From positions 40,467,323-40,531,322 of the forward strand of contig NC_057719.1 in the NCBI RefSeq assembly GCF_004010195.1: a stretch of 64,000 nucleotides of DNA, read 5' to 3'. The DNA is from Chiloscyllium plagiosum (lineage: Eukaryota). A program made the position numbers and the translations under genes. Shown piece by piece: positions 38,087 to 51,122 of the stretch (positions are counted from its first letter, which is position 1; every line of letters begins with the position of its first letter). The notes under the pieces are model-generated. The model saw only the letters and a program-made list of their open reading frames with translations. It was not told the DNA's origin and ran no database searches.

Positions 38087-38199
38087 ATAAACCTACTGCG
38101 GAGCACAATTAACATGCTAGTTTGTGATGGACTATTGCGTTCAGGAAATCATGAGAAAATACGTAAACTGCAAAATGAAGCCCGGCAGAGACTTATAGA
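38087..38199 (+). CDS. TDRD9: TDRD9 coding exon (INLLRSTINMLVCDG...LQNEARQRLI)
   Basis: AG/GT flanked. Resembles human VNILRAAINKLVCDG..LQDIARQKLL. Confidence 0.93.
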
Positions 38200-39784
38200 G
38201 TAAGGCCACCTAGAATGCTATAATAATTGTCCTGACAACATCCAGAGACCGTGTTGTTTATGCAATTGGAAGACAAGAAGATGGTCTATTTAGAATTTGG
38301 CATTTGAAAACTGGTTAAAACGTTGAAGTCACATTGTTAAACTTGTAAATTCTAAACATCAGTACATTATAGGCAAGTTCAAAAGAATGAAATGTATTAT
38401 ATCCAGAACATTCAGAATGAAATGCATTACAAATGGAGTACTTTGTACTAGTACATGCTACTGAATTCTAAATGAACCACTCGAAGCCTAAAGGTAGCAC
38501 TTTTCTTCATAGAATGTAGGTGTCACTGCCACAGCTACCATTTGTTACCTGTGCGTGATTAATTTTGAACTGAGTGGCTTGCTAGACCATTGCAGAAGCT
38601 AACCATATTGCTCTGGGTTTGGTGTCACGTGTAAGCTAACCTGGGTATGGATAGCAGATTTATTTCCCTAAAGAAGATTCATGAACCAAATGAGTTCTTA
38701 CAACAATTGACAATAGTTTTATGATGATCAACACTAAGATTATCTTTACATTCTGGATTTATTAATTGAATTTAAATTCTACTAACTGCTATGATGGGAT
38801 TTGAGCCCCTGTGCCCAGAGCATTATCCTGGATGTTTTTATTACTTGACCATTGGTATTGGCACTGTGCCACCATCTTCCTCCCCCAGAAAAGATTGAGA
38901 ATGACTCTGTGAGATAATAAACATCAGGGTTTTTTTATACCCTTTCTAAGTACATCAACTTAGTTCCATAACTTATGAATTGTTCAAGGAGCAAAGTGGC
39001 AGCTAGTGAAGGTAGGGTGAATGAGAGGGGAAAGAAGAGGTGACGGAAGGCAGTTTGTAGAGAGATGAGGTGGAAGAAAGAACATTTCAGAAAAGGTAAA
39101 TGGGAAATTGGAGGTGAATAAAATCCAAAGGAAAGTGGGGCTGATGGGAAAGAGGTACACAGGGAACTTGAAGAATGAGGAAAAGCCAAACAGGGAGAGA
39201 AGAAGGGCATTGAGGATAATTGATAATTGTTCTCATATTGGGCTTGGTATTACAGGTTGATGAGTATGCAATTCTTCTTTAAGCAGGAAAAGGAATGGCA
39301 CACTTTCTTGTTTTCTACAAAAGAACTAGGACACTAAACTCATTTCTTTAAAAGAGATGGTAGATTTAATCACTTTCTTCACCTTATTCTAAAGCAATAT
39401 AAAATATTCTTCAGTTCACTATTTATTTTATTCTGGCTGTTTTTATTTAAAGTGCAAACTTATTTGCATGAAATTGTCATTTGGATTTTTCTCCTTTCAG
39501 GAAATTTTTTGATCACTTCAGGACTTGATTTTTGATCATTTTGGCTTACTCGATTTGAGAAGAGTATTTTGTATGGTATTACTATCTGCAAGTCATTGTT
39601 TAAAATTAGAACATCCAGAATGAAATGTATTACAAATGGAGTACTTTGAAAGCAGTCTACTAGTATAACATGTTGCCAAATTCTAAATAAACCACTCGAA
39701 GCTTAGAAGTAGCACTTTTCTTCAAGGATGGCATTGTTTACCTTGGTTGATCCTGTGTGGTCACTACTATGGAATTTTGCAATA

Positions 39785-39931
39785 CAGAGGAACCTTGATT
39801 ATCCACATGACATGGGTGGGGAGTATTTTGCTTGGATGATTTGAATATTTGGATAATACAGTTTACCCAAACATCGGGACCTTGAGATTTTGTTTGGATA
39901 ATCTGAAATTCGGATAATCGATATTCCTCTG
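39785..39931. mobile_element. pogo/Tigger-like MITE
   Basis: TA-flanked TIRs CAGAGGAACCTTGATTATCC / GGATAATCGATATTCCTCTG. Confidence 0.8.
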
Positions 39932-40092
39932 TAAATGATTCTGCATTCAGGAAGATCTCCCATGAGACAGTCCTGCAAATTTATGCAATGTTTTGATATT
40001 ACTAATGTGACATGACTGATCACCTATTGATATCATGCCAATGTTGTGCCGGGACAAGTTCTAACAAGATCCTGATTTTGGTCTGTTTACAG

Positions 40093-40165
40093 CATATTCA
40101 CTGGAAAGAAGCTGAGAGAAAGTATGACACCACAATACTGTGAAAGACCATACAAGTGGAATCAG
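40093..40165 (+). CDS. TDRD9: TDRD9 penultimate coding exon (IFTGKKLRESMTPQYCERPYKWNQ)
   Basis: ttacag/gtagat flanks, phase 2 to 0. Resembles human EKPYEWNQ. Confidence 0.92.
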
Positions 40166-41894
40166 GTAGATATATAATTTCAACATAATCCTCAATTCAT
40201 GCTGCATGACAACCGAAATGCGCATATCTGTATTTTTCAAATCATAAACACAATAATATTCCAATTTAAATGTAAACATAACTAATCATTTTGTTGCCTT
40301 TCAAGATCGCTAGTTTCAATCTTTGCTGTGTTGTCATGGCAGTGCTGAAGAAATGTAGGATTGATTTCTGCTGGCAGGGTAGAGAAAGATGATCATCATT
40401 CTTTACACTCATCATATTTTCTTCTTAATAAGTTATGTGACTTAGAGCAGAAAGTATTGGAGTCTCTTTGTCTTTCTTTTACTGTGAAATAAAGCCTTTA
40501 GGAGAGGACAATAAAGGAAAGATAATGTAAATCATAACACAATTTATCTACTCAAAACCAGGGAAGGAGAAATCAGTCAATTTTCATATCCTAGCTCTTA
40601 GAGTCTGCTTCAGCATATCTGAAGCCATGTCATCATCATAGAGCAGACTCTCATTGGACATGCCATCTACCAGTTGAAGTCTTAGGAAAGATGAATTTCA
40701 GAGTTTGAAGCTCTAATGTTGTACTTCATTCGTACTGCGCTAGTATTAACACGTTGTACTGAAAAGACAGGAGAAATAGCCTGGCTGCTACCTTTGTTTG
40801 CCACTAAAGTTATCAACTTGAACTGCTACAGGTACATGTAAATATATTATGAAATAGTTGCCAACAATACTTCTTGTTATTTTTGAGAGGATATATTTTA
40901 TTATATAGTTGAAATCTGTCATTTTTATTTTGCTTTACTCCTGAAGGAACTGGTAATTGGGAAAATAGATTACCATATTGTATTGTGAATATATCCCAAG
41001 TGAATTTTTGATACTGATTTCTGTTGTGATTGTGAGACTATTTGCGGAGTAGTGGACAGAGGAATCAGTGGTGATCTGTAATGCCATACTTTTGCTCCTT
41101 TTGCACTTCATATAATTTCTGGAATATTTCCCATGTGGATAGACAGTTCAGTGTAATGTTCCTCTTATTTTATCTTGTAATTCCTGGGAGTAGAGGAGTG
41201 CCAGGGCTACCTTTTCAGGTTGGAAAATCTTAAGAGGCTGCTTGGAGCATTATGCAATAAGCAAATTTAAAACATACAAGCAAGGAGCAGGAAAAGACCC
41301 TCAAATTTGCTCTGCCATTTAATAACATCAAGCATCAACATCAACATGATTGTAACCTCAACCTGCCTGCTCCTGAGACCATTCCAGCTCACTCTTAGCA
41401 AGAATCTATCCACATCTGTCTTAAAAATATTTTTTAAAAACTGTTTCTACTGCTTTTTTCTCAAAGAAGGTTCCAAAGGTACTTAACATTCCTTCAGAAA
41501 ATATATTATCTCTTTTTGTTAAAATGGGTAAACCTTTATTTTTAAGCAGTAAAAACATGGCATTTTAAATGGGAAAATCATAGATTTTAGGAATTTGTGG
41601 AATTTAATTTTATTGCTATGTCCTATTGCTCCATGCAATATTTACATTTAGATTAAGTTGCTTTGAGAGATGATGTGATTGAAGAAAGGCTGCCATTAAA
41701 AATGGTTTAAATAATTCAAGGTAGTTTGAGCATTTTGATCTTGATCATAATGACCTTCTTGTTAATCTGATTGGATTTCATGTAATATAATTTAAATTGA
41801 AACATGATCAGGATTCACTAAGAAGAACATGTGTTGAAAAAATACATCAAGATAGTTCAATAAATATTTATCTTGTATGTGTTTGTTTCTTTAG

Positions 41895-41984
41895 GTGGAT
41901 CCCAGTCTTCTCTTGAACCAGTCCAGGGAAGAAAACAAAATAGTTCTTTACCAAATGCATTCCATAGTGTTGCTGAATCCTTAG
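41895..41984 (+). CDS. TDRD9: TDRD9 last coding exon (VDPSLLLNQSREENKIVLYQMHSIVLLNP*)
   Basis: tttag acceptor, in-frame TAG at 41982-41984. Resembles human VDPKL...LYQLHKLVVL C-terminus. Confidence 0.92.
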   Translation: MDPSLLLNQSREENKIVLYQMHSIVLLNP

Positions 41985-42528
41985 GCCATTGAAATAAAGA
42001 TGTGGCACTGTTCAGAATTACTGACTTAAGAAGAAAAGGATTGGAACCAGTTAAACTCCAAAATATCAAAAATGCTCATGTTGGTTTTCAGTTGAATGCT
42101 TCCTGTTTTGAAACAGTTATAGCTGACGGAACAGAAATGGCCTTTAAACAAGATGCTACACTTTCTTAAATTCTGGATTAGAAGGTACTAAAGTACAAGC
42201 AATTGCTTTAAAACCAGTAATGTGATCCAATTACAAGCTTATTTTGGAGCAGTAAATCTGGTTTTAGCTTTTACTTTGATTACAAATTGATGCATTATGA
42301 TTTGTTTTATCTGTAAGGGGGCATTGAAGCTAGTTGCATGCTAATTAAGGATAAAAATTATTACATGAGCGAAAGGTTTGAAAATACTATTGGCTATATT
42401 GCTAAGCACTTCTTATTTGATTTATTTAAGTTGTTCAAAGAAGCAATGTTCCATTAGATATCCCAATGCTGCATAAAGTACAGAAGAAGTATTTTGTTCA
42501 TTGTAACATTATTTTGTTTAAACTTGTT

Positions 42529-42534
42529 AATAAA
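42529..42534 (+). terminator. Candidate TDRD9 polyadenylation signal AATAAA (a proximal one is at 41993-41998)
   Basis: AATAAA about 545 nt after the stop, at the end of an AT-rich non-repetitive 3' UTR-like tract. Confidence 0.5.
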
Positions 42535-42619
42535 AAAAAACACGTTTTTGAACCATTAAGTTACGTGGATGAATTTTAAATGTTTTGCAGTGCCTATACA
42601 GTTCTCATATATATGTCAA

Positions 42620-42990
42620 AGTGTTTTGAGGAACACTGCCTAAGCAAGACCAGAACAAAAAATGTTCCGCGTGTCCTTTGAAAAGATGGGTACAACTAAG
42701 TCCCATGCGGGTACTAATGACAACACCTTTTATTCAGAAGAAATAGATCAATTAAAAGAGAAATTATTAAGTAGGAGAACATTTTGTCTAAGGGAGCAAT
42801 GGTGGATAAAGACTGGTTTGACGTCATTTAAAGATAAAAGATGGAGAGCAGGCAGACCATGTGAGTGTGGGATGGAAGTGGAGATAGATTTAGATACCAG
42901 TGATGAATAGAAGATGGCAAGTGGAAACTACTAAAGTGGTTATCAAAAGAATCACGGACATAAGTCAGGAGAACTGAGTGAGACTGGAAG
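42620..42990 (-). mobile_element. Old PLE RT fragment
   Basis: Minus strand reads IKGVVISTRMGLSCTHLFKGHAEH, a decayed KGVAMGTRMGPSYACLFMGYVEH. Confidence 0.6.
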
Positions 42991-42994
42991 ATAA

Positions 42995-43620
42995 TTATTT
43001 CAAGGGGCTTGGAGTGTAAGAGTCAGAAAATCTTACTGCAATTGTGCAAGGTGCTGGTGAGACTGCATCTGAAGTAATGCGAGCTGTTTTATTCCCCTTA
43101 TTTAAGGAAATACGTCATTTCTTTTGGAGGCGGTTCACAGAAAGTACATAAGGATGATCCCAGATATGGAATGATTGCCTTATGAGCAAAGGCTAAACAG
43201 TATGGGACTCTACTTGCTGGAGTTCAGAAGAATGAGAGGGTGATCTCATTGAAACATGTAGGATTCTTAAGGAACTTAAGGGTAAATGCTGAGAGGATGT
43301 TTCCCCTCATGGGGGAATCTAGGACTAGAGGGCACAGTCTCAGAATAAAGGGGTGCCAATTTAAGACGGAAATGAGGAGGAATTTCTTCTCTGAGGGTTG
43401 CAAGTCATTGAAAGTTCTTTCTACAGTGAGCTTTGGCAGCGTCCTTGTTTATATATTTAAGGTTGAGGTAGATAAATTCTTTCAGTCGGGAAATCAAGGA
43501 TTATGGAGAAAACATAGGAAAATGAGTGTGAGGAATGTCAGATCAGCCCTGATCCTGTTGAATGGTAGGCCAGGCTCAATGGACCAAACAGCCTACTCCT
43601 GTTCCTACTTATGGTCTTAA
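42995..43620 (+). mobile_element. CR1 3' fragment
   Basis: MFPLMGESRTRGHSLRI...RRNFFS plus CR1 tail. Confidence 0.85.
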
Positions 43621-44559
43621 GATTAAAAAAGGATGAGTTTGGACAGGTCAGAGAGTCTAAAATACTAACTTTGCTCGGGAAGACCTGTTTGTGGAACTTT
43701 GAATTTAAAGACTGAGATTGGAAGCTGTTGACGGAAGATCTCTGGAGGAATTAAGGACAGTGACCGTTTTGGATACAACAGCTTGATATTCATTAATGGT
43801 GACGTAGACCTTGGAAGTAGAAGGAAGTGTCAGAGTTGCCTGAATCTGAGAGAATAGATTATAGCAGGTTTAGAGGAAAACCGATTAGAGTAAGTAGGGG
43901 CCGAAGAGAAATTGGGAACTGTTGGAGTGGTATTGTCCAACTCAATAAAAAAATAGGTAGAGATAGGAGACCAAAGGGAGGGGTGCAGATGGAGGAAGAA
44001 CAGGAGTCAGGTGAATAGATCTGCTAATTGGACGGACTCCTGATCAAAGAACTGTGTACTGAGATGAAGGGAGTAGAGAAAAACTCAACATTGTCCTGAG
44101 CTGAAAAATCATTAATGTGTGGCACAAAGTGATAAAACCTTAAGTTCTAATGCAGAGTTTTCTAAACCTGCAAGCTCCGATCCTAAAACCACATATACTG
44201 CAATTTCCGTTACATTAAACAGACTTACTCTAAAAATCTTAAGTTTAACAGCATGAACAGAAGAAACTTTTCCAATTCTTTATTTTCTGAAAAAGTCATC
44301 AAACTTGAAAGTTAAATTTTTGCTCTGCACAAATACCATCCAACCTGCTGAGCAGGTGACCTTACTTTTGCCAGAAGTAGTCGGTCTTATTTTAGCTAAT
44401 CAACACCCTGCATTATTTAGAATGTTTCTCTTAAATCTATCCTTCCATATCTCTGTACTAAAGAAAGTAGCCTCTGCTTTATTCACCTCCCCTCTAGGCT
44501 GAAATTCCACATCCCTGGTACAGTATAACATTACTATAGAGAGTTGAGCACAGCTTAGT

Positions 44560-44740
44560 CCATCACAAAGCAAACAACATTACCAAAGACCCGTCCCACC
44601 CTGGTTATACACTCTCTCACCATATTCTGTTAGGCAGAAAATATAAAAGCTTGTATACATGTATGAATACATTCTTTCTTGCTGTCATCAAACTTTTGAA
44701 TGAACTCTCAAACGTTAATCTCTCACAGCACCTTCTCTGT
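44560..44740 (+). mobile_element. Rex1/Babar-like LINE 3' fragment
   Basis: KDPSHPGYTL...LGRKYKSL..FFLAVIKLLN resembles the Rex/Babar C-terminus. Confidence 0.55.
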
Positions 44741-46224
44741 GGCTGTAATCCCACTCAGACCCACAACCCCCCCCCCCCCCCCCCCCCATCCTATTCTTGT
44801 GACCCTGCATTTCTCTGGCTAATTCACCAAGAAAATCCATGCAGACGTGGGGAGAATGTGCAAACTCCATATAGATAGGCACCTGAGTATGAAATCTAAC
44901 TCCTGGCCCTAGTACTGTGAGCCATGGTGTTGTCCAGAAGTGTTGTAATCTTTAAAAGGACATGGACTGGTGGAATGGACAGATAAGTGGCTTATTTAAT
45001 TTGTTGCAGAGAAATGTGACATAAATCATCAATTGAAAAGAAGGATGAGGAGAGCTACAAACAAAAGGTTGCAATCCAAAGGAAGTGCAGGTGTATAAGA
45101 ATCTATGGCTTGATGTGCATAAACCACTGAGGGTGATGAGATCATTTTGAGGTGATTCATAAAACAATGCCTTTAAGTAAGAACATTCTGTACAAATGCA
45201 AGGGAGTTGTGATGAACCTGTTTAAGCCTCATTTGGAGTATAGTGTCCAGCACTGCCGTGACCAGGAAAAATTTGACTGCATTGTAGATGCAAGTCTTGT
45301 TACTAATTCTAACGATGAGGATTGACAACCTGAAGAGGAACTGGAGATCTGATACAAGTTTACAAAATCATGAGGGAGTCATCATAAAATACCACCAAAT
45401 TGACATCCAGATTTGCAGACAGATGGCAAATCGGGTGACTGATCTATTTTAAGAAGTGTTAGAGAATTGGAGTTATTGGTGTACTGAAGAATCATAGAAT
45501 CAGAGAGATGTACAGCGCAGAAACAGACCTTCTGTACAACTCGTCCAGTCTGATCAGATATCGTTATCTAATCTAGTTTCATTTGCCAGAACTTGGCCCA
45601 TATCCCTCTCAACCCTTCCTATTCATATACCCATCCAGGTGCCTTTTAAATGGTATAATTGTACCAGCCTCCACAGATGTGGTGCAGAAATGACCACTGG
45701 AAAGAAAGAGTGGAACGTTGGAGGTCACCATGAGATCCAGAGACAGGGTCAAAAAGGCATTTGGCTGGGGAACCAGATTGAAGATGAAACAAGGTAGGCC
45801 AGTGATAGGATAAACCCATAGTGCAGTAGCAGTCTGGAGTGTGTGGGATTTGTAACCTAGGCAAGTGTTTTAAATTTTAAACGGCCGAACAGCCGTTCAG
45901 AAAGTTTATTTTTAGGGCCTAATCTGGTGTCTGAGCATATGGGTGTACAAAAATTGAAGATGCAACATATCAGATAATTGAAGGTACGTTCTATATTTGG
46001 GAGGAGGCACTGTAGAACGGAACATTGAATGCAGTTTATGAAATAAGAATGGGGATGGAGTCGATTATGGAGATCTGAATGCACGGTGTCTATTCGGGAA
46101 TGTATCCTGGGGGTATGAATGCACTTTGCTTCCAAAGGTTGTAGAATGGAGAATGCATGGTGTGCAGGGGAGAGGGCTGTGCATTAAACAGTGGGGTGTA
46201 GAATGGCTATTGCTTAATGTGTTT

Positions 46225-46270
46225 TGACGTCAGGCGATGGCTGATTGGCTCTGCCAACACCGCCTCCTTT
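46225..46270 (+). promoter_or_regulatory. ASPG proximal promoter: palindromic CRE (TGACGTCA 46225-46232) and inverted CCAAT/NF-Y box (CTGATTGGCT 46241-46250), at the edge of a CpG-rich island
   Basis: Consensus motifs about 70-100 nt upstream of the ATG. CpG density rises sharply over about 46225-46800 relative to the rest of the window. Confidence 0.6.
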
Positions 46271-46321
46271 TGCTTCTCTTGATTCCTCAGTCTCAGTCAG
46301 TCTCAGTCTGGTTTTGTTCCG

Positions 46322-46604
46322 ATGGCGGAGAACAGTGCTGTACCGAGTTCCGGCTCCATTTGCAACATTTCGTCCCTTTCCAGCGCGCTGTCCAACACCA
46401 GGCTTGACCTGCTGGACTCGGAGAGCTCTGTTGCCCGCGATGGAGCTAATGTGCCCCGATCAGGCGCCAGTTTTCAGTCGCAGAGGCGCCGACTCCGCCG
46501 GCGATCAAGCAGCTACAGCGTGGAGTCGGCGGACGGTCCAAGTGAGGTTCGAGTGTTGGTGATAAATACCGGCGGAACTATTGGCATGATGTACAGAGAT
46601 AACG
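46322..46604 (+). CDS. ASPG: ASPG exon 1 (N-terminal extension plus VLVINTGGTIGM asparaginase motif)
   Basis: ATG in good Kozak-like context (cgATGG), TGGTIGM catalytic Thr motif, AAC G|gtgagt donor. Confidence 0.92.
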
Positions 46605-47219
46605 GTGAGTGAAAAGCTTACAATCAATTGTACACAAAGCCGCATCTAGGACACAGTTGAAAAACATTTGTTCCGGGGTGACCCTTCAGGGACTTGCTTC
46701 AATTAAACTGTGGCTGAGCTGCACTTTAAGTGGGCTTCAATCCCTTTCTAACGTGTCGGAGACATCCCTCGAGTTCGGCGACAGCGGGATCTTGATAATA
46801 TGATCTCAGCCTTTGTGTCGTTATGTGTCCAGAATACTCGAGTCTAGAACTCGATATGAAGTAGAAATTGTAAATCGGCACATTTATAGTTTTTTTTCAC
46901 TTGGGGCCATCCAAGTGTTGTTACGACAGGTTACACGAGCTAAATGTTCCAGTTAGTGCGGAATTCGCTCTACTTCGCTTGTTCATCACATGTAAATTGA
47001 GCCAATTATATTCACTAAAATTGTTAGAACCAATGTTAATCGATGTATCCATGAACACTAAGGCTGGAAGCATATTCACTCATGGCTTTTTAAAGAAAAA
47101 ACCACCTGAAGAAAGAATGTTTGAATGGTTGTTGGTATGTTTAAGAAAGTAGGACACTGAGTTACTTCTTCAGGGTGAGCGTTCCAAGAGGAGACATGGC
47201 AGGCGATTAAACACAATGA

Positions 47220-47350
47220 AAGCCGAAAGAACTGCGGATGCTGTAAATCAGAATCAAAAAACACAATTGCTGGAAAGGCTAAGCAGGTCTGGCAGCATCT
47301 GAAGAGAAATCAAAATTAACGTTTCGGGTCGGTGACCCTTATTCAAAACT
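47220..47350 (-). mobile_element. PLE-derived mini-element arm with partly decayed hammerhead
   Basis: Minus strand UUGAAUA-A-GGGUC ACC GACCC-GAAACGUU followed by the gatgctgccagacctgct...cagcatccgcagt tail. Confidence 0.65.
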
Positions 47351-49842
47351 CTTATCCTTCATTAGCCATCTGGGCTCAAAACGTTGGTTTGCTTTCTCTC
47401 CATGGTTTCATTTCACACTGAGTTACTATTGCTCAATTGTATGATTGGCCTCTTTTTAACCATTTTATGATTCTATAAGTGAGTGGCAAATTGTCAAGTT
47501 TTGAGAAGAAAATTTAGGGAAGGCCAAGAATGTAGCAATGTTGATAATAAATAAGATAAATGGATTGTGCAGAAAGGACAGAATTAGAGAAGTTATCAAA
47601 GAAACTGGGACGAAAGCCAATATTGTCACACTAGAAGCCTGTGGTTTTGTTTAGAAGAAATAAGGATCAGGACATTAAAAAAAATTAAAATAATTAAATT
47701 ATTACATTTTATGATTACATTTATTTATTTATTGTCGTGTGTATCTAAGTACAGTGTTTATGAGCTTTGTTTATGAGCAGTGCAGTGCAGTAAGCAACGA
47801 CTTACGGGTCATAGGGTGAAAAAACTCAGACAGAGGCATACAGGGTCTGTGAGAGGCAAGATCAGCATTAGCAAATATAATGTATACCAGACTATAGTTT
47901 GAAGAAAACACAAGAAAATGGTGAAAATGCAGTGAGCAGAAACAATTGTGAAGAAGTTGAAAGGATATCGTACAGACGGACTTAAAAGTTAAGCAATGAA
48001 AGTAACTTTAGAACAAACAAATACATGGACCACGTTACAAATGCAGTCAGCTAAAATGAGCAACAGTGTTGTATTTACCTCACATTGGAATTAAATGAAA
48101 CAATAATGCTCTATTAAAAAACAAATAATAGTTCCAAACCAAACAAAAATGCACAAATACCAGGAAGGAACATGGCTAGGAGAGAGCTAGTTGCCTTAGG
48201 CATGGTGAGTTTAGCTGTCTGTTTATATTGAATAATAAATATTGGTTAGGATACTTGGTATACTGTTATTCAAACAGAACTCTTTACGTTCAACTTAGCA
48301 AGTGGAAAAACACATCTCGTGCAAGTCAAACTGTTCAACAATGCTGCATTCTCTTAGTACCATGTTGCAGAGTCAGCCAAAATCCTGTGCTTAAGTTTCT
48401 GGAATGGGTCTGAGGTCTCAAAACCAACAGGCCAATGCATCATGGGGTTTCACATGGAATATTTGAGAAGCATTTCAAAAGGTGTAAGTCACAGGTTTGA
48501 CTAAAACTGCCGCATGTTCACACAGAAATTATGGAAAACAACTTTTGCTAGACCAAGAAAATGTTTTGAAACATATAGCAAAAGCCAATTATCTTAGCTA
48601 TTATGTTAGAGGACTGAGAGGCCTGGACAGATGTGGCAAAGGTATTTTGAATAGAAAGGCACAGCATCAGAGTGAAGGTTTGAACCTTGTTATGAAGTTA
48701 AAGGCATGTACTGTACCTTTGGAGAGAGTGAATGCTGTTCTAACTGAAAGATTACAAGCACCTGGGTATGTGACTAGATGGCAGTCCCAGAGTGTACTGG
48801 AAAATTGAAAATATGTAACATTTGGTGTGAAATGAATACCCGAGTTGGTTGCTGTTTTGACAACAATTCAAATTTAATCACTCAGTTTAAATTATGCCCC
48901 AGGATACTAAAACCCAATTGAGTGAATTTATTGTTTTGCGAAAATTGAACCAATGTTGGGGATATAAAAATGCAGATATTTTGAAAATTGCAGAGAAATC
49001 AACTGCCATTGAGAGAGACCCAAGAAATTATCAAACACTATCGAAGGTACTTTTTCATATGAAACATTTTTGCAGTAAAAGAAAAAGATGACAACTCAGG
49101 GAGATCTTTATTCAAAAGAAGAAAGACACGGAAGACTACAGCGGCTGTGTGGTTTCGAAATTAAGTTGATGTAATTTTAATAAGTGTCTTATTGGAACAG
49201 CATATCTTTATAGTGTTGGAGGCAGATAATAAGCAAGAGAAAGGAAGGGGGCTTACGGTTGTGAATAGTTGTTTAATGTTCACTTGTAGAGTTAAACAAT
49301 AAATTGATATTTTGTTTTACATAGTGGAATTTGGGAATTCTCTGTCACTCATATTTTAACAGATTACGAGGCGAGGTGAGCTTTTCTGGGTGTTTGGTTT
49401 AATTAACAGAAGGCTTCACCGCTGTGTCATGACAACCTTTATAACTGAGGTGAGGAGGAACTTGTTCAGCCAGAAAGAGTGAATCTGTGGAAGGCATTAC
49501 TGCAGAAGGCTGTGGAGACCAAATCATTGAGCGTGTTTAAGACAGAGTCACCTTCTTGATTAGTAAAGGATCAAGGGTTTCAAGAAACATATCAGCTGTA
49601 TTAAATGGTGGAGCAAACTTAATGAGCCACATGGCCTAATTCTTCGGCTGTCTTATGGAAGGGAATAAGGGAAGAGATATTGTAGAACATTAGAAAATTC
49701 TAAGATGTATTCACAACTCTAATAACGTTCCTATAATTAATGTTGCTGAAAATCTAATTCCAATTGTAATCGTTTTGGCTTAAGAACTTGGTTCTGAATA
49801 AACACAGATAAGACATTTATTTTTTGTTTTCTTTGTCTTTAG

Positions 49843-49972
49843 TACTTGCACCACAATCAAACTCCCTTGTCAAAGCCCTTCGAAAAATGCCAGGCCTGCA
49901 TGATGAATGTTATGCTCAAGAAACCAAGCTTTACGACTTCTGTGACTCACCAGAAAACAGTTTGGTTCTTCC
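49843..49972 (+). CDS. ASPG: ASPG exon 2 (LAPQSNSLVKALRKMPGLHDECYA...NSLVLP)
   Basis: AG/GT flanked, phase 1 to 2. Resembles human LRTLPMFHDEEHA..DTLVLP. Confidence 0.93.
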
Positions 49973-51010
49973 GTAAGTCACTATTTGTTTTTGTTTGCTG
50001 TCAAACTCTGGAAACAATTAACATTAGACAAACATGGATTAAAAACCATCAGATTGCGGATAACATAGCATTGAACTTGTTTCTATCTAGATCTGATCCA
50101 CTTTTTAGGTCATTTCATAAAGATACCACGGTCAGCTTGGCTTGGTTCATGCCTCTCTTGTTTCTTAGTGTGAAGATGTAGTCAAGCCCCAAACCAGGAT
50201 TTGGATTTGTCTGACAGGCTGATACTTAAGTGTAGTGTTGAGGACTTTGGAGTTGCATCATTTGAATTGAATATTAGATTTAGCTTAAATAGTAAATGAA
50301 GAGCAGAAGAATGGCGTGGTCTTTCTCATTTCAATGTAGCCATAACATATTTGAATAATGCAAGGTACCAAAATGAAAACCTTGAATTTAGTGAATATTT
50401 TCTATGCCATATGTTTTCTAATTATATAAAGAATCAATTATTCACATGCTGAATTGACTTCTGTGATCACCAGAGCTGGTTGCGTTGGGAGGGATGATTT
50501 ACTATGTGATCTTCCATTGCAACAAACCCATCAGACTCCACATTCACGAAAGCGAGGTGGTGTGATGATAGTTACCTGATAAAGGTTGATTTGGTCTCTT
50601 AGTTGATTAAAAAAGTATATCAAGGCACCCCCCCACCCCCCGACACATATAAATTAAGTTTTTGAATTTACAACATGATAAAGATTTTGATTGTTTTAAC
50701 ATTCACTACTTTCATCAATGGCATACTTGTCAAATTTACATAGTATCAATAGCTTCATGAATAGCATTGAATATTTAATAATTGATAAAATATTAAAATT
50801 GATAAAAGGTTGCTGAAAAGAATTGCATAATGTGATGATGTGGGGGGATACATCATATTTTATTGTAAGGGAATTGACAGTTTTGATACATGTCAATAAT
50901 GAGATTTTGCAAGTGTGAGACCAGCAAAGTTTACTTAATGATTTATTTAATGTTAAATAAGTTAAAAATTATCAGTATTAGAAATATAAAACTGTTTCTT
51001 CTGTTTACAG

Positions 51011-51122
51011 TCTTTGTAGGTCAAATAAAAGGATTGTATATTCAGTCATTGAATATTCACCTCTTCTGGACTCATGTAACATGAACACAGATGATTGGGC
51101 TAAAATTGCAGTCGATATAGAG
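51011..51122 (+). CDS. ASPG: ASPG exon 3 (LCRSNKRIVYSVIEYSPLLDSCNMNTDDWAKIAVDIE)
   Basis: AG/GT flanked, PLxDSxxM..W asparaginase motif. Confidence 0.95.

Noticed and set aside
71..41984. Nested opposite-strand gene such as RD3L inside TDRD9
   Set aside because: No RD3-like peptide seen on the minus strand. In human it lies in the 5' part of TDRD9, which is outside this window.
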